A DNA stretch of 64,000 bases from contig CAWVVV010000001.1 in the NCBI GenBank assembly GCA_963933835.1, forward strand, positions 1-64,000, given 5' to 3'. A program made the position numbers and the translations under genes. This document shows, piece by piece, positions 19,528-30,181 of this stretch (its first letter is position 1; each line of letters begins with the position of its first letter). This stretch comes from an uncultured Puniceicoccaceae bacterium (GTDB taxonomy: Bacteria > Verrucomicrobiota > Verrucomicrobiia > Opitutales > Oceanipulchritudinaceae). The notes under the pieces are model-generated. The model searched no databases, was not told the origin of the DNA, and was given only the letters and a program-made list of their open reading frames with translations.

Positions 19528-19887
19528 CTAGAACTGCGTTATAGTCACTAGGGTCAGAATTCGATCCCTCGGCAAATTTTTGGCCGAGACTTTTAGATCG
19601 TAGAGAGTCGAGAAGAGCCAACTCTTCGTTTTGCTCTTATCCTTAATCTTGTGTTGGGAACGGGCCCAACGGGCATAGGTGTCGTGAGTGAGATCCCAGG
19701 CGTCGTGTTCCGACTTGGTCAAACTGAGGGCAAAGACGTAGAGCAACTTGTAATATTGATCTACTACACGCTCATACTCCTGCTCATCACAAAAGGGCAC
19801 AACTGCGCTCCCGGATTGCCCACTGTCCTTGCGAACAGGTAAAGCGTCTTTAGGAACTTCCTTTTTTGTGAAAACGTTTAAAAGCAT
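19528..19887 (-). pseudogene. ECF sigma factor, region 2 only (region 4 lost)
   Basis: LYVFALSLTKSEHDAWDLTHDTY...KSWLFSTLY is a typical sigma-2 segment, followed by about 20 unrelated residues and a stop. Confidence 0.7.
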
Positions 19888-19961
19888 CTCGAAAAAAGGA
19901 TACCGCAGAGACTCGTCAGCCTCTGCGATACCGGAGCACATCAACAGGTGCGGGTGACAGA

Positions 19962-20732
19962 TCATCGGCGACGGCGACGGATCGCGAAGCCGAGAACTGC
20001 GAAACCGAGGAGTGACCCGACCATGCTTGGCTCAGGGACTGCGGTGACAGAAATTCGGAAGAGATTCGAAGAAGATAGGGCTGAGCCGAGCGTCCCACCG
20101 ACGGGAAGGCCGACTCCGATAAATTCATCCAGCGCGGTCAAATCTGTCTGGAGCATAATCACGCCGCCTTCGACTCCACCGTCTGTGCCGACTTGACCGA
20201 CAACAAAGGCAGGCCCTGTCATCGCATCATTCAACTCAGTGCCAGCATCGTAGGTCATCGCGCCGGTGTAAGTGCGTGCGAGGGGGATAAAGTTGCCCAT
20301 AGCATCGAATAGCTCGAAGGAGTTGTCATTACCAATGAAGGTATCGTTGGAAGGAATGACCATCGTGGCAAAAGATAAGTAGCGATTGTCCGTCGCGTCG
20401 AGCGTGACTTGGAAAGTAGCGCTATCGCCCGATCCGAAGGGTCCTCCTGCAGCCGTGTTCGCAGAAATGCCGGCCACACCAGAGTTGCCAGAAAAGAGGG
20501 TGTCAAGGGCACCGGTATCGCCGATTTCGGCAACATCTTCGAGACCAGCGGACGCCGCTGAACCAGCATCAAAAAGATCGAAGCTACCGTCGTGAAATCC
20601 AGTGAAGACAGGGGTGAGGTAAAGACCGCCGCTCGAACCGAGATTTTCGAGAGTGACGTTAACAGTGAGGCTTTGCGCCCCCAGAGTAGTGACTAATGCC
20701 GAGGCAAGGGTGAGAGTCGTGATACGAACCAT
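19962..20732 (-). CDS. Spondin_N-like domain protein with PEP-CTERM sorting signal
   Basis: Signal peptide; LTPVFTGFHDGSFDLF, YLSFATMVIPSNDTFIG and YDAGTELN motifs; C-terminal VPEPS + TM helix + RRRR. Confidence 0.88.
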   Translation of the reverse strand: MVRITTLTLASALVTTLGAQSLTVNVTLENLGSSGGLYLTPVFTGFHDGSFDLFDAGSAASAGLEDVAEIGDTGALDTLFSGNSGVAGISANTAAGGPFGSGDSATFQVTLDATDNRYLSFATMVIPSNDTFIGNDNSFELFDAMGNFIPLARTYTGAMTYDAGTELNDAMTGPAFVVGQVGTDGGVEGGVIMLQTDLTALDEFIGVGLPVGGTLGSALSSSNLFRISVTAVPEPSMVGSLLGFAVLGFAIRRRRR

Positions 20733-20907
20733 GAGTAGATGTCCTGTATTGTTATTGTTGAGTATAGCGCACTCACCGTTGTGTGAATGCAGGCTAAGAC
20801 GTGGGCAATACGTGGATATTCCAAAAAAGAATACACTTTGTCTCCAACCCTAGGAGCTAAGCGGCGATTCCCCTTGTCCGAGGCTATTCCAACGACATGG
20901 TGACCGG

Positions 20908-23385
20908 ATGCCCTTTTTGCCACAGATCCTCGAACTGATGAAACGTCGGGACTATATCCCGTTACCAGTCGAGCGCATTGCCGAAGCCCTTGAAATCGCC
21001 CCCGACGACTTCGAAGACTTCCGCAATGAAGTACTGCAACATATGCGGCAAGGAACGCTCGTTAAGCTGAAGAAAAATCGACTCTGCCTACCCCGCGATG
21101 CTGACCTTGTGACAGGTAAGCTGCGTTTTCGCCAAAGCGGTGCGGCGCTTCTCTTCCCCGAAGGCATCGAAGTCGGTGCCACTCCCCAGCCCCCGATCCT
21201 CATCCGATCCGAAGACACCGGCGTCAGTTTGCATGGCGACCGCGTGGTCGCGCGTATGAATCAAGAACGCTCGAAGCACCGCCGCACACACGACGACCGA
21301 AAGCGCCGCGTGGAAGAGCCCACCGCGCGTGTTATCCGAATCCTTAAACGGGCGAACGAGACAATTACTGGGACCCTCCGCCGTAGTAAAAGCTACTACT
21401 ATGTTATTCCGGGAGATCCGCGGATCATCCAAGACATTTTAGTCCCCGACCCTAGTGAGAGTTCGCTCAAGCCCATTCCCGAAATCGACGACAAAGTCAT
21501 CGTCAAACTCGACCCGTGGGAGCAACGTCACCTCAACCCTGAAGGGGAGATCATTGAGGTCCTCGGCAAGACCCATAACCCGGGCGCTGAATACAAAGCA
21601 CTCCTCCACCAATACAAACTCGACCCTAGTTTCCCAGAGGACGTCATCCGTGACGTTCGTTCCATTCCAGAAAAGGTCCCCGAGAAAGCGCTCACCCACC
21701 GCATCGACCATCGCGATGTCTATACCTTTACGATCGATCCACAGGACGCTAAAGATTTCGACGACGCCCTTTCGGTCGAAACGCTGAAGAACGGCAACTT
21801 CCGGATCGGCGTCCATATCGCGGACGTGAGTGCCTACGTCTGTGCCGGCACAGCCCTCGACCGCGAAGCCTACGAGCGCGGAAACTCTACCTACCTCGTC
21901 GGACGTGTCATCCCGATGCTTCCACATGAGCTTTCGAACGGCATTTGCTCACTCGTTGAGGATGAAGACCGCCTCACAAAAACAGCCTTTCTTGAATACA
22001 CTTCGAGCGGCGAATTGATCGAAACAAGTTTTGCCAACACCGTCATCCGTTCGAACAAGCGCCTGACTTATGAGCAGGCCTACAGTCTGCTTAAAAATGA
22101 CGACCTAGAGGAGACGCGTGCCCTTCCCCTCCCGCCGAAGCATCAGACCGGTTCCACCGGGCGTGCACTCTCTGACCTAAAGAGCTCCGAACTCACTCAA
22201 CTACAAAAAGAGATCCGACTCCTGTGGAAAATCGCATCGCAGCTTCGCAAAAGCCGAATGCACTCAGGCAGCCTAGATCTCGACATGCCTGAGACAAAGA
22301 TTTACGTAAACCCAGAAGGCTATGCCGATAAGATCGTAAAGATTTCTCACGACGAAAGCCATCAACTGATCGAAGAGTTCATGCTCGCCGCGAATGAAGG
22401 CGTGGCCGCGGCCTTGAATGAGCGCAGACAGCCTGCCATCCACCGCGTGCACGATGAGCCTGATCCGCAGAAACTCGGTGACCTCTCTGAATACATGCAG
22501 ACGGCTGGAATTCACGCAGGCGATCTCACCCAACCTCGAAAGATGGGGGCGCTCCTACGCGAGATAAAGAAGCACGATCAGAGTTACACCCTTCGCATCA
22601 TGGTTCTACGGAGCTTGAAGCAAGCGCAGTATCGAGCGTCTCCAGATGGTCACTACGGATTGGGGAAACGGAATTACCTCCACTTCACTTCCCCTATTCG
22701 CCGCTACGCCGACCTCGTCGTGCATCGCGTCTTCGACCGTTTCCTCATCTCTGAGGCACAAGCAGCCCCGATCAAGCACGAGACCTACGACGTCGCTCGC
22801 CTGCACGCTGTCGCCCAACACATTTCTCTGACGGAGCAAAACAGCACCGAAGCTGAGCGCGAATCGACTAAACTCAAGCTCCTCGAATTCTTTGAGCGCG
22901 AGTTGGACAAGGAGCCAAAAGACACCTTTGACGCCGTCATCATGGACATCCGGAACCACGGGATGTTCGTCGAGTTGAAGGAGTCGATGGCCTATGGAAT
23001 GATTCATATCTCAACCCTCGACGACGACCTCTACCACCTCAGCGACGGTGGTGAAGCCCTCGTCGGGCGGAAAACACGTCGCACTTTCCGCCTTGGAGAA
23101 ACGATCAAAGCCTCGATTGGCCGCGTCGATCGCTTCAAACGCCAGATTGATTTCATTGTTGCTGGAACGGGCTCATCAAAAAGTCGCCCACGAGGCAAAA
23201 AACCTTTCAAGCCCCTACCGGCCAAAAAGGCCGGAAAGTCCCGAAAACCCGGCAAAGGCAAAAAGGACCGAGGTAAGAAGCGCCCGGCTCGAAAGGAAGC
23301 TGTTAAACAGCCGACAGAAAGTCCCAAATCAAACCGTCGCCCGCGCTCTCGCTCCCGAGGCAAGAAGCGCCCTAGCACAGATTAA
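20908..23385 (+). CDS. rnr: Ribonuclease R
   Basis: TIDPQDAKDFDDA, VHIADVS, LIEEFMLAAN and HFTSPIRRYADL motifs, S1 domain and a K/R-rich tail. Confidence 0.96.
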   Translation: MPFLPQILELMKRRDYIPLPVERIAEALEIAPDDFEDFRNEVLQHMRQGTLVKLKKNRLCLPRDADLVTGKLRFRQSGAALLFPEGIEVGATPQPPILIRSEDTGVSLHGDRVVARMNQERSKHRRTHDDRKRRVEEPTARVIRILKRANETITGTLRRSKSYYYVIPGDPRIIQDILVPDPSESSLKPIPEIDDKVIVKLDPWEQRHLNPEGEIIEVLGKTHNPGAEYKALLHQYKLDPSFPEDVIRDVRSIPEKVPEKALTHRIDHRDVYTFTIDPQDAKDFDDALSVETLKNGNFRIGVHIADVSAYVCAGTALDREAYERGNSTYLVGRVIPMLPHELSNGICSLVEDEDRLTKTAFLEYTSSGELIETSFANTVIRSNKRLTYEQAYSLLKNDDLEETRALPLPPKHQTGSTGRALSDLKSSELTQLQKEIRLLWKIASQLRKSRMHSGSLDLDMPETKIYVNPEGYADKIVKISHDESHQLIEEFMLAANEGVAAALNERRQPAIHRVHDEPDPQKLGDLSEYMQTAGIHAGDLTQPRKMGALLREIKKHDQSYTLRIMVLRSLKQAQYRASPDGHYGLGKRNYLHFTSPIRRYADLVVHRVFDRFLISEAQAAPIKHETYDVARLHAVAQHISLTEQNSTEAERESTKLKLLEFFERELDKEPKDTFDAVIMDIRNHGMFVELKESMAYGMIHISTLDDDLYHLSDGGEALVGRKTRRTFRLGETIKASIGRVDRFKRQIDFIVAGTGSSKSRPRGKKPFKPLPAKKAGKSRKPGKGKKDRGKKRPARKEAVKQPTESPKSNRRPRSRSRGKKRPSTD

Positions 23386-23390
23386 GACTC

Positions 23391-23514
23391 ATGAATACGA
23401 TCCAAAACGTTCCTGAAATCATGGCCCCAGCGAGGTCTGAAGCCCTGCAGGCCGCCCTGCACCAAGGCTGGCGCCGCTGATTGCCCGGTGGAGATTATTC
23501 GGATTCAAGGTTAG
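23391..23514 (+). pseudogene. Deletion scar joining a U32-peptidase N-terminus to a probable ferredoxin C-terminus
   Basis: ATG 23391 reads MNTIQNVPEIMAPARSEALQAAL (U32 start motif PE-x-x-APAG-S-x-E-x-L-x-AA). A shifted frame ends AGAADCPVEIIRIQG*, like the CPV-x-I-I end of single-cluster ferredoxins. Confidence 0.5.
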
Positions 23515-23607
23515 TGGGACATTTTCTGAACGATTTTTTCAGCGCACAAGCCGATCGATACCTTTGCCCTTGTTTCCGACTGCAAAGCACCCAGAGTTCC
23601 TAACCAT

Positions 23608-23844
23608 ATGTCCGAAAAAGCGGAAGATGCCACCTTCGAGGAGGCCCTCAAGAATCTGGAAAAACTCATCGAAATGATGGAGTCAGGCGATGTACCTCTG
23701 GCTCAGTTAGTTGAAAAATATGCTGAAGGTGATAAGCTCCTAAAAACCTGCGAATCCCGACTCAAGGAGGCCGAGCTAAAGATCGAGCAGCTCAAGTCGG
23801 GCACTGATAAAACCGCTTTCGAGTCCGTCGCTGATAAATCATAA
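23608..23844 (+). CDS. xseB: Exodeoxyribonuclease VII small subunit
   Basis: TFEEALKNLEKLIEMMESGDVPL...LKEAELKIEQL; stop overlaps the dxs start. Confidence 0.93.
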   Translation: MSEKAEDATFEEALKNLEKLIEMMESGDVPLAQLVEKYAEGDKLLKTCESRLKEAELKIEQLKSGTDKTAFESVADKS

Positions 23845-25754
23845 TGGCTATTCTGCCCCGTATCAAATCTCCAAGCGACGTCAGTCGCTTGGATCCAAGC
23901 GAACTACCTGCGCTCGCCGAAGAAATCCGCGCACGCATCATCAACGTCACCTCGAAAAACGGGGGACACATCGGCCCGAATCTCGGCGTTGTTGAGCTGA
24001 CGATTGGCCTACACCGCGTTTTCAACTGCCCAGAAGATAAATTTGTCTGGGATGTGTCTCACCAGGGCTACGTGCACAAGCTCCTATCCGGCCGCCAAGA
24101 CGAAGACTTCGATAATATCCGCATGACAGACGGCCTGAGCGGTTTTCTCCGCCGCGCCGAAAGCCCCTACGACGCCTACGGTGCAGGTCACGCTGGAACC
24201 GCGCTCTCTGCCGCCCTTGGGATGGCCGCTGCGCGCGATCATCAAGGCAAGGACCACAGTGTCGTCGCAGTGCTCGGTGATGCTGCTTTCACCTGCGGCA
24301 TTACGATGGAGGCGTTGAACAACGTCGCGACCACGACAAAGCGCTTTGTTCTCATTCTAAATGACAACGAGTGGTCGATCGCGAAAAACGTCGGCGCCCT
24401 CGCCCGCTATTTCAATGAGCTCATCACCAATCCAGTTTATAACCGGATCGATAAGCGCATGAAGAAGTTTTTGGAAGGCCTTCCGGGCGGCCAGTCCGTA
24501 GTGGATTTAGCCTCCAAATGGAAGCGCGAGACAAAGGACTTCATCGTCGATTCGAATCTTTTTGAGCACTACGGGATGCGCTATATCGGTCCTGTCGATG
24601 GACACGATCTCGATGCCGTCGTTAAGCACCTCGAATTTGCCAAAAACAGTCAGGATCCGATCATCCTTCACCTCCTCACGAAGAAGGGACGAGGATACGA
24701 ACCTGCGCTAAAATCGCCGGAAAAATTCCACGGCCTTGGACCATTCGATCGCGAAACAGGCAAGTCACCGGGCAAGAAGGCGGGACCGCCCAACTACCAA
24801 GATGCCTTCGGGAGGAATCTTCTCAAGTTCGCTGAAGCGGACAAGCGCATCATGGGGATCACGGCTGCGATGCCACCCGGAACCGGTCTTGTTTATCTGC
24901 GCGAGTCGCGGCCAGAGCAGTTCGTCGATGTCGGTATTGCTGAAGAGCATGCAGTGCTCTTTGCCGCAGGAATGGCCTGCGATGGTCTGCGTCCGGTCGT
25001 AGCGATTTATTCAACTTTTCTTCAGCGCGCCTACGACTGCATCATCCACGACGTCTGCCTGCAGAACCTCCCTGTCGTCTTCTGCATGGACCGCGCAGGG
25101 CTTTCACCGCAGGACGGCGCGACCCACCACGGCCTTTTCGATATCGCTTATCTTCGGTGCGTTCCAAACACCGTCATCATGCAGCCGGCAAACGAAGACG
25201 AACTCGCCGACATGCTTTGGACAGGGCTGCAACACAACGGCCCGAGCTTCATCCGCTACCCACGTGGAGCTGCTGAGGGGGTTGACTGCAAGGCAAACCC
25301 GACCGCCCTCGAAATCGGTAAAGCTCAAGTCGTCCGCGAAGGCACTGACGTGCAGTTCTGGGCTCTTGGACCGTGGGTTAAGACGGCCGAGAACCTCGCT
25401 GCCGAGCTGGCCGAGGCGTTAGGGTTATCCATCGGAGTGGTCAATGGCCGCTTCGCGAAACCTCTCGATGTCGACCTGTTTGAAAAGCAAGCTGGTTCAG
25501 CGAAACTGATTGTGACCTTTGAGGATCACGCCATCACCGGTGGCTTTGGAACCGCCGTGATCGAAGCCCTTTCAGAGATCAAAACGCAAGCAACGGTAGA
25601 GCGGATTGGCTTCCCAGACGAATTTGTCGAACACGGTAGCACCGTCGAAGACGTGCGAAAACTAGTTGGGCTTGATTTGCCGAGCTTACGCGAGCGGCTG
25701 AAAAGTATGCTCAGCAGCCTAAAAACCCCCGAAAAGACAGTCTCGAGAGGTTAG
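23844..25754 (+). CDS. dxs: 1-deoxy-D-xylulose-5-phosphate synthase
   Basis: GGHIGPNLGVVELT, WDVSHQGY, GAGHAGT, DVGIAEEHA, YSTFLQRAYD and IRYPRG motifs. Confidence 0.98.
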   Translation: MAILPRIKSPSDVSRLDPSELPALAEEIRARIINVTSKNGGHIGPNLGVVELTIGLHRVFNCPEDKFVWDVSHQGYVHKLLSGRQDEDFDNIRMTDGLSGFLRRAESPYDAYGAGHAGTALSAALGMAAARDHQGKDHSVVAVLGDAAFTCGITMEALNNVATTTKRFVLILNDNEWSIAKNVGALARYFNELITNPVYNRIDKRMKKFLEGLPGGQSVVDLASKWKRETKDFIVDSNLFEHYGMRYIGPVDGHDLDAVVKHLEFAKNSQDPIILHLLTKKGRGYEPALKSPEKFHGLGPFDRETGKSPGKKAGPPNYQDAFGRNLLKFAEADKRIMGITAAMPPGTGLVYLRESRPEQFVDVGIAEEHAVLFAAGMACDGLRPVVAIYSTFLQRAYDCIIHDVCLQNLPVVFCMDRAGLSPQDGATHHGLFDIAYLRCVPNTVIMQPANEDELADMLWTGLQHNGPSFIRYPRGAAEGVDCKANPTALEIGKAQVVREGTDVQFWALGPWVKTAENLAAELAEALGLSIGVVNGRFAKPLDVDLFEKQAGSAKLIVTFEDHAITGGFGTAVIEALSEIKTQATVERIGFPDEFVEHGSTVEDVRKLVGLDLPSLRERLKSMLSSLKTPEKTVSRG

Positions 25755-25989
25755 AGACCAGGGAATTGCCCCGGGGTGAAATTTCTTCGCCAAAATCGCC
25801 CTCTTCTCGACATCGGTTGCATTGCCTCGGATCGGTCGGCGTAGAACGTTTTTGGGCAACCCAGAGGCCTAGATTTGCGAACTTTTGGCTCCAAAGGCCT
25901 AAAAGACCCGAAAAATCGCCTATTTTCGGGCCTGTAAGCCGCTCTTTCGATGAAGAGTTTAGCCTCCAGACCGATTTCTTCCCTTAAGT

Positions 25990-26955
25990 ATGCATACAAA
26001 GCGACAGCAGGCGAAAGGGTTCCTAGGCGGTTATTCTCTCGTCGAAGTGATGGTTGGATTCGCAATCCTCGGAATTACCGCCACCGGGCTCGTCTATACC
26101 GCGCTTCAAGGGCTGCGTTCTGCACATCAAAACGTCATGCGAACGACGGCCTATGCCACGGCTGCAGCCGCTCAGTCATATAGCAGTGGTCAGAACTCCA
26201 CTTCAACGAGCACGAGCACGAGCCACCAACCGACAAAGAGCGCTTCAAATCAAAGGGTCCTACCAAAGGCCTTAACGAGCAGCCAAATCCAAGCCGCTAA
26301 AGCAGCCGCCCAGAGAGAACATACTGTAAGAAAGGCAAAGGCTTTGAAGGAGCCGCTCGTTGTTCGCTGGCCATCAACGCCACAGGCCCAGTTGGCATGG
26401 GAACGATATGATGTAGAGTTCGACAGCTACACTATATCTGAAACAAAGCTCTCAACGACAAAGAACGCATTAGTCAGTGAGCCCCTCGTCGGATACTATC
26501 CCTCTGATGAACCTTCACCTAATGCTGGCCTTACACTCGTCAACCGAGTGCGTAGCGATCTCAAAGTAGACTACTATACTTTCAGGCGCGATAGCTTCCT
26601 TCCTAACATCGAAGTCGAGACGATGGATGCTTACATCAAGGCTCTTCCCGACGTTTTCGAAGGCAGACTGATACAACCGATAGGCTTAGAAGAAGCAAAA
26701 TCGGACTACGGTCCTTCAGCAGCAGATCTCAACACTAGGCGTGTGACCTATCGGCTGGTAGAGGAAAACGATGTCAGCGGAGAAAGAATCATCACAGCAG
26801 TCGTCACTGATTATCTACTGCCCTTTGACGAAGAATGGCTCGTCTTACGATTCACTGCACCGCCACGTCTTTACGAGAGTGCACGCGAACCGATTGAGTC
26901 CTATTTGCTCAACATGCACCTCGCCGATTCCGACACAGAATTATCTTCTCTTTGA
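25990..26955 (+). CDS. Protein with a type IV prepilin-like N-terminus joined to an unrelated hypothetical domain
   Basis: Basic leader, G|YSLVEVMVGFAILGITATGLV cleavage/methylation motif, S/T-rich linker, then an unrecognised domain. Confidence 0.6.
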   Translation: MHTKRQQAKGFLGGYSLVEVMVGFAILGITATGLVYTALQGLRSAHQNVMRTTAYATAAAAQSYSSGQNSTSTSTSTSHQPTKSASNQRVLPKALTSSQIQAAKAAAQREHTVRKAKALKEPLVVRWPSTPQAQLAWERYDVEFDSYTISETKLSTTKNALVSEPLVGYYPSDEPSPNAGLTLVNRVRSDLKVDYYTFRRDSFLPNIEVETMDAYIKALPDVFEGRLIQPIGLEEAKSDYGPSAADLNTRRVTYRLVEENDVSGERIITAVVTDYLLPFDEEWLVLRFTAPPRLYESAREPIESYLLNMHLADSDTELSSL

Positions 26956-26984
26956 GGTCGGATTAAATATCTTCGAGATACCTT

Positions 26985-27443
26985 ATGGTATCGAAAGTTT
27001 CACAGCGGCCCCCTAAGCACCCCGTCCGACAATTCTCAATCTTCACCGACAATCGAGTTGGGCGTCTACACAGCCTGATCGAATCGATGGCAACTCATGA
27101 GATTCACATCATGGCATTGAGTCAGTTAGACACCTCTGAATGTAATGTCGTACGATGCATCGTCGATTACCACGAGAATGCCCGTGACCTGCTTACCGAA
27201 TGTGGCTACAGTTTCGTCGAAACAGAAGTCATCGCAATTGAGATCGAAAGTGAATCTCAACTTCGGTTCGTAACTGCCGCACTGGTTGAGGCTGAAATCA
27301 ATATTCACTACCTCTACCCCTTTCTCGCCAGACCGAGTGGCAAAAGTGGAATAGCTCTCCATTTAGAAGATAATGGACTCGCTGTATCAGTTTTAAACGC
27401 GCACAATATCAAGGTCTTGGATCAAAACGACATCGCTCGCTGA
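26985..27443 (+). CDS. Tandem ACT-domain protein
   Basis: QFSIFTDNRVGRL and ALVEAEINIHYLYPF ACT repeats. Confidence 0.8.
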   Translation: MVSKVSQRPPKHPVRQFSIFTDNRVGRLHSLIESMATHEIHIMALSQLDTSECNVVRCIVDYHENARDLLTECGYSFVETEVIAIEIESESQLRFVTAALVEAEINIHYLYPFLARPSGKSGIALHLEDNGLAVSVLNAHNIKVLDQNDIAR

Positions 27444-27469
27444 AGTTCGATGTCGAAGAATAGTTCAGG

Positions 27470-30054
27470 CTAGATAGGCACATCCATCATTTGGTTACAC
27501 CTAGAAATATAAAGCTGACTAGGGCTCATCTCGTCTCCCCTGCGCTCCAACTTCGAGGCTGATAAAAAGAGCTCTTTCGCTTTCAACAAGTCACTCTCTT
27601 CGAATGCGGTATACCCTTCCTCAAAAAGCTCTATACAACGCTCTTCTTGCTCAGACAGATGTGACTTCATCCCCATCAATTCGTAGATTTGAACAGGGGC
27701 CTCGCGGCCTTTCACCCTGGTTACATCCAAGAGTCTGAAAACGAAGTCAGGCTCACGCTCCAAAGCATCACGCCTTGTCGTATCGGAAACGATAATATCG
27801 ACACCATAGACTTTGCCCAACTGCTCAAGACGCGCTGCCAAATTCACGCAGTCGCCCATCATCGTATAGGAGAAGCGCTGGCTTGAACCCATATTGCCTA
27901 CAACGGCCAAGCCAGAGTGTAAGCCAATTCGAGTTCGCATCTGACAGACTAGCGCAGGAAACCGCTTTTCTCCAGAGCTCCAATTAATACAAAGCTTTCG
28001 CTGCGCTTCACTGAACGCTAATGCCGTATAGCACGCACGCGAAGCATGATCGGGCAAATCGTGAGGTGCATTGAAGATGCCAACAATCGCATCACCGATA
28101 TACTTGTCCAAAGTCCCCTTCTCGCGGACGAGAAGAGCCGTCATTTCTTCGACATATATATTGATCAGCTCAACGACTTCTGCCGCCGAGAGTTGTTCCG
28201 AGATAGAGGTAAATGACACAATATCAGAAAAGAAAGCGGTGATCACCCTCTCGTTTCCACCCAGCTTTGGGTCCTCCTCCGCTTCAACCATCAGGTCAAC
28301 AACATCCGGGGCTACGTATGTTCCAAAAAGCCTCCTAATCCTAAGACGCTGGCTTTCCTCCTTCCAAAGGCGCAAGCCGACTACGAACATCGTAGCAGCG
28401 ATTCCACTACTAAGAGGCGCCACCACTGGAACCACGATATCCTTCAGAGAAAACAGCAGGACGACAAAGAGAACAAAGCTGACTAAGATGAAGGGCGCGA
28501 CAAGCCAGCGCCAATGAGTTCCGGTGTTAAAGCCAGTCAGACTCAGCATAACAGCTAGGGTCAAAAAGAAGACCAAAGCTGCCACATACGGCTGCGGAAG
28601 GAACTGAAGATGCCGTTGATCCAGAATCGTTTTGAGCAGATTACCGTGCACCGCAACGCGCGGTGTAATGCCGTGGCCAAAAGGCGTCGGGCCCAGATCC
28701 TGTAGTAATGGATCGGTAGGTCCCACGAGGATATAGGCATCAGAAAACTGAACGAAGAGGTCCCTGATGAGTGCTGTCACCTTAGAGAACTGCTTCTCTT
28801 CGGCGTAAAGAAAGGCATCATAAAGTATCAATACCTCCGCAATACTCACCGAAGGATTATAAAGGTCGTTCGAATACGCCCATGAGCGGAACGGAACCAC
28901 CGCGTTCTCTACCCCAGCTTCGACCTCATCGCACCATTGCTCGAGATTCCGGGCAATGCCCAAGAAGGTCCATTCATCGTCATCTGCCCCTTGTAGGACT
29001 TCCGCGACATGGGGTTCTTCATAGAGCGTCCTCCAGGCGGAGAACCAGTTGACGGCAAGGTGTTGCCCACCCCTCAGCGGGACATTCCGCAACGATTCAT
29101 CATCCTTTCCAATGAGCACTAAAGAATCCTCGTCAAACTCCCAACGAACTCCCTCTAGCCCAATTTCTGCAAGTCTCAGGGCTGCCGCTAAAAAGCGCAT
29201 ATCAATAGTGGCCGGCACTTCATTCCATTCCCGCCCCTGCTGATCTACTATCTTATAAGTTTCATCTTCTGAAATGGCTCTAACCCGCACACCTTGGCGG
29301 GTCAGATCGACAATACTATTCTGCCACCGAGTAATTCCATTCGCTAAAAACAGAGATGGTTGATTATTCGATATACGAACGTGCACCGGAACCCATTGAA
29401 CATAATTATTTAGATTTAGGGACTCCGACGTATCAATCAATCCAACTTCAGCGACTGGAAAACCTGAAGCGCTCGGGCCACTGATTTTCGGATACCACAT
29501 CGGATATTCGGGAAGCGCAGGAAGGGGATTTCTTTCAGGATCGTATCCACTCCATCCAGTTGCATCCACTCGCCATTCACCGGCCAGCATATCTGGAAAA
29601 AACTTCTGTGCTCACTGAATGGATACAATGTGCCATCGTAAGCTGCGGCGAGCACGACCTTCTTTGGGTATCGCAGAAGAAATCGCTGCATCTTCAGATT
29701 TCCCGAATAATTCAAGGCTGGCGCTTCAGCCTTAGGCAGGTGGTCAGAAGTAAGGACAAAATCAAAAAACAGGGCTCGGGCATTTCCCAGTTCGAAGAGC
29801 GCTTCACCAGCCAAAGCATAGTAGTCTCCAGGAAACCATCCACGGCCAAATTCGTTCGACGCCGCTATATCGCGATTAACATAGATTACCTTTGCACTGC
29901 TTTCGAGGGGACCACGGAGGTTGTAACGAGCATTCAAGGACCATTGTTCTGCATCATCTAATAACCCGACGAAGGAAACCAGTGTCCATCCTCCCGAGAG
30001 GATCACCAATGCAATAGCGTATACCCACTTACCTTGAAGCCGTCTCATATGCAA
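27470..30054 (-). pseudogene. CHASE2-domain class III adenylate/guanylate cyclase split by a 1-nt frameshift in a T6 run (29597-29602)
   Basis: N-terminal ORF 29437..30054 (TM plus CHASE2 start) and C-terminal ORF 27470..29590 (DLGPTPF...HGNLLKTI, three TMs, FSDIVSFT, DKYIGDA, YTMMGDCVNLAARLE). One extra T gives HRSFFPDMLAGEW and joins them. Confidence 0.78.
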
Positions 30055-30181
30055 AGCAACCTCAGCACACCTTGCCTATCTATCGAGGTCAAGTATTGCC
30101 CTCTAAACACGCTATCGAAGAGCACTAGAGGTTGATACGGTCTAAGAGTTCAAGCGCTTGCGTATTTGACGGATCCAGACC

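Noticed and set aside
20874..20910. Leaderless promoter for rnr (TTGTCC-N17-CATGGT, 6 nt before the ATG)
   Set aside because: The spacing is suggestive but the -10 match is weak; it cannot be supported without TSS data.
23160..23385. Highly basic K/R-rich tail of RNase R as a novelty
   Set aside because: A basic C-terminal tail is a known general feature of RNase R.
23608..25754. Missing ispA between xseB and dxs as another deletion scar
   Set aside because: xseB and dxs overlap cleanly (TAATG) with no relic sequence, so this looks like a stable gene order.
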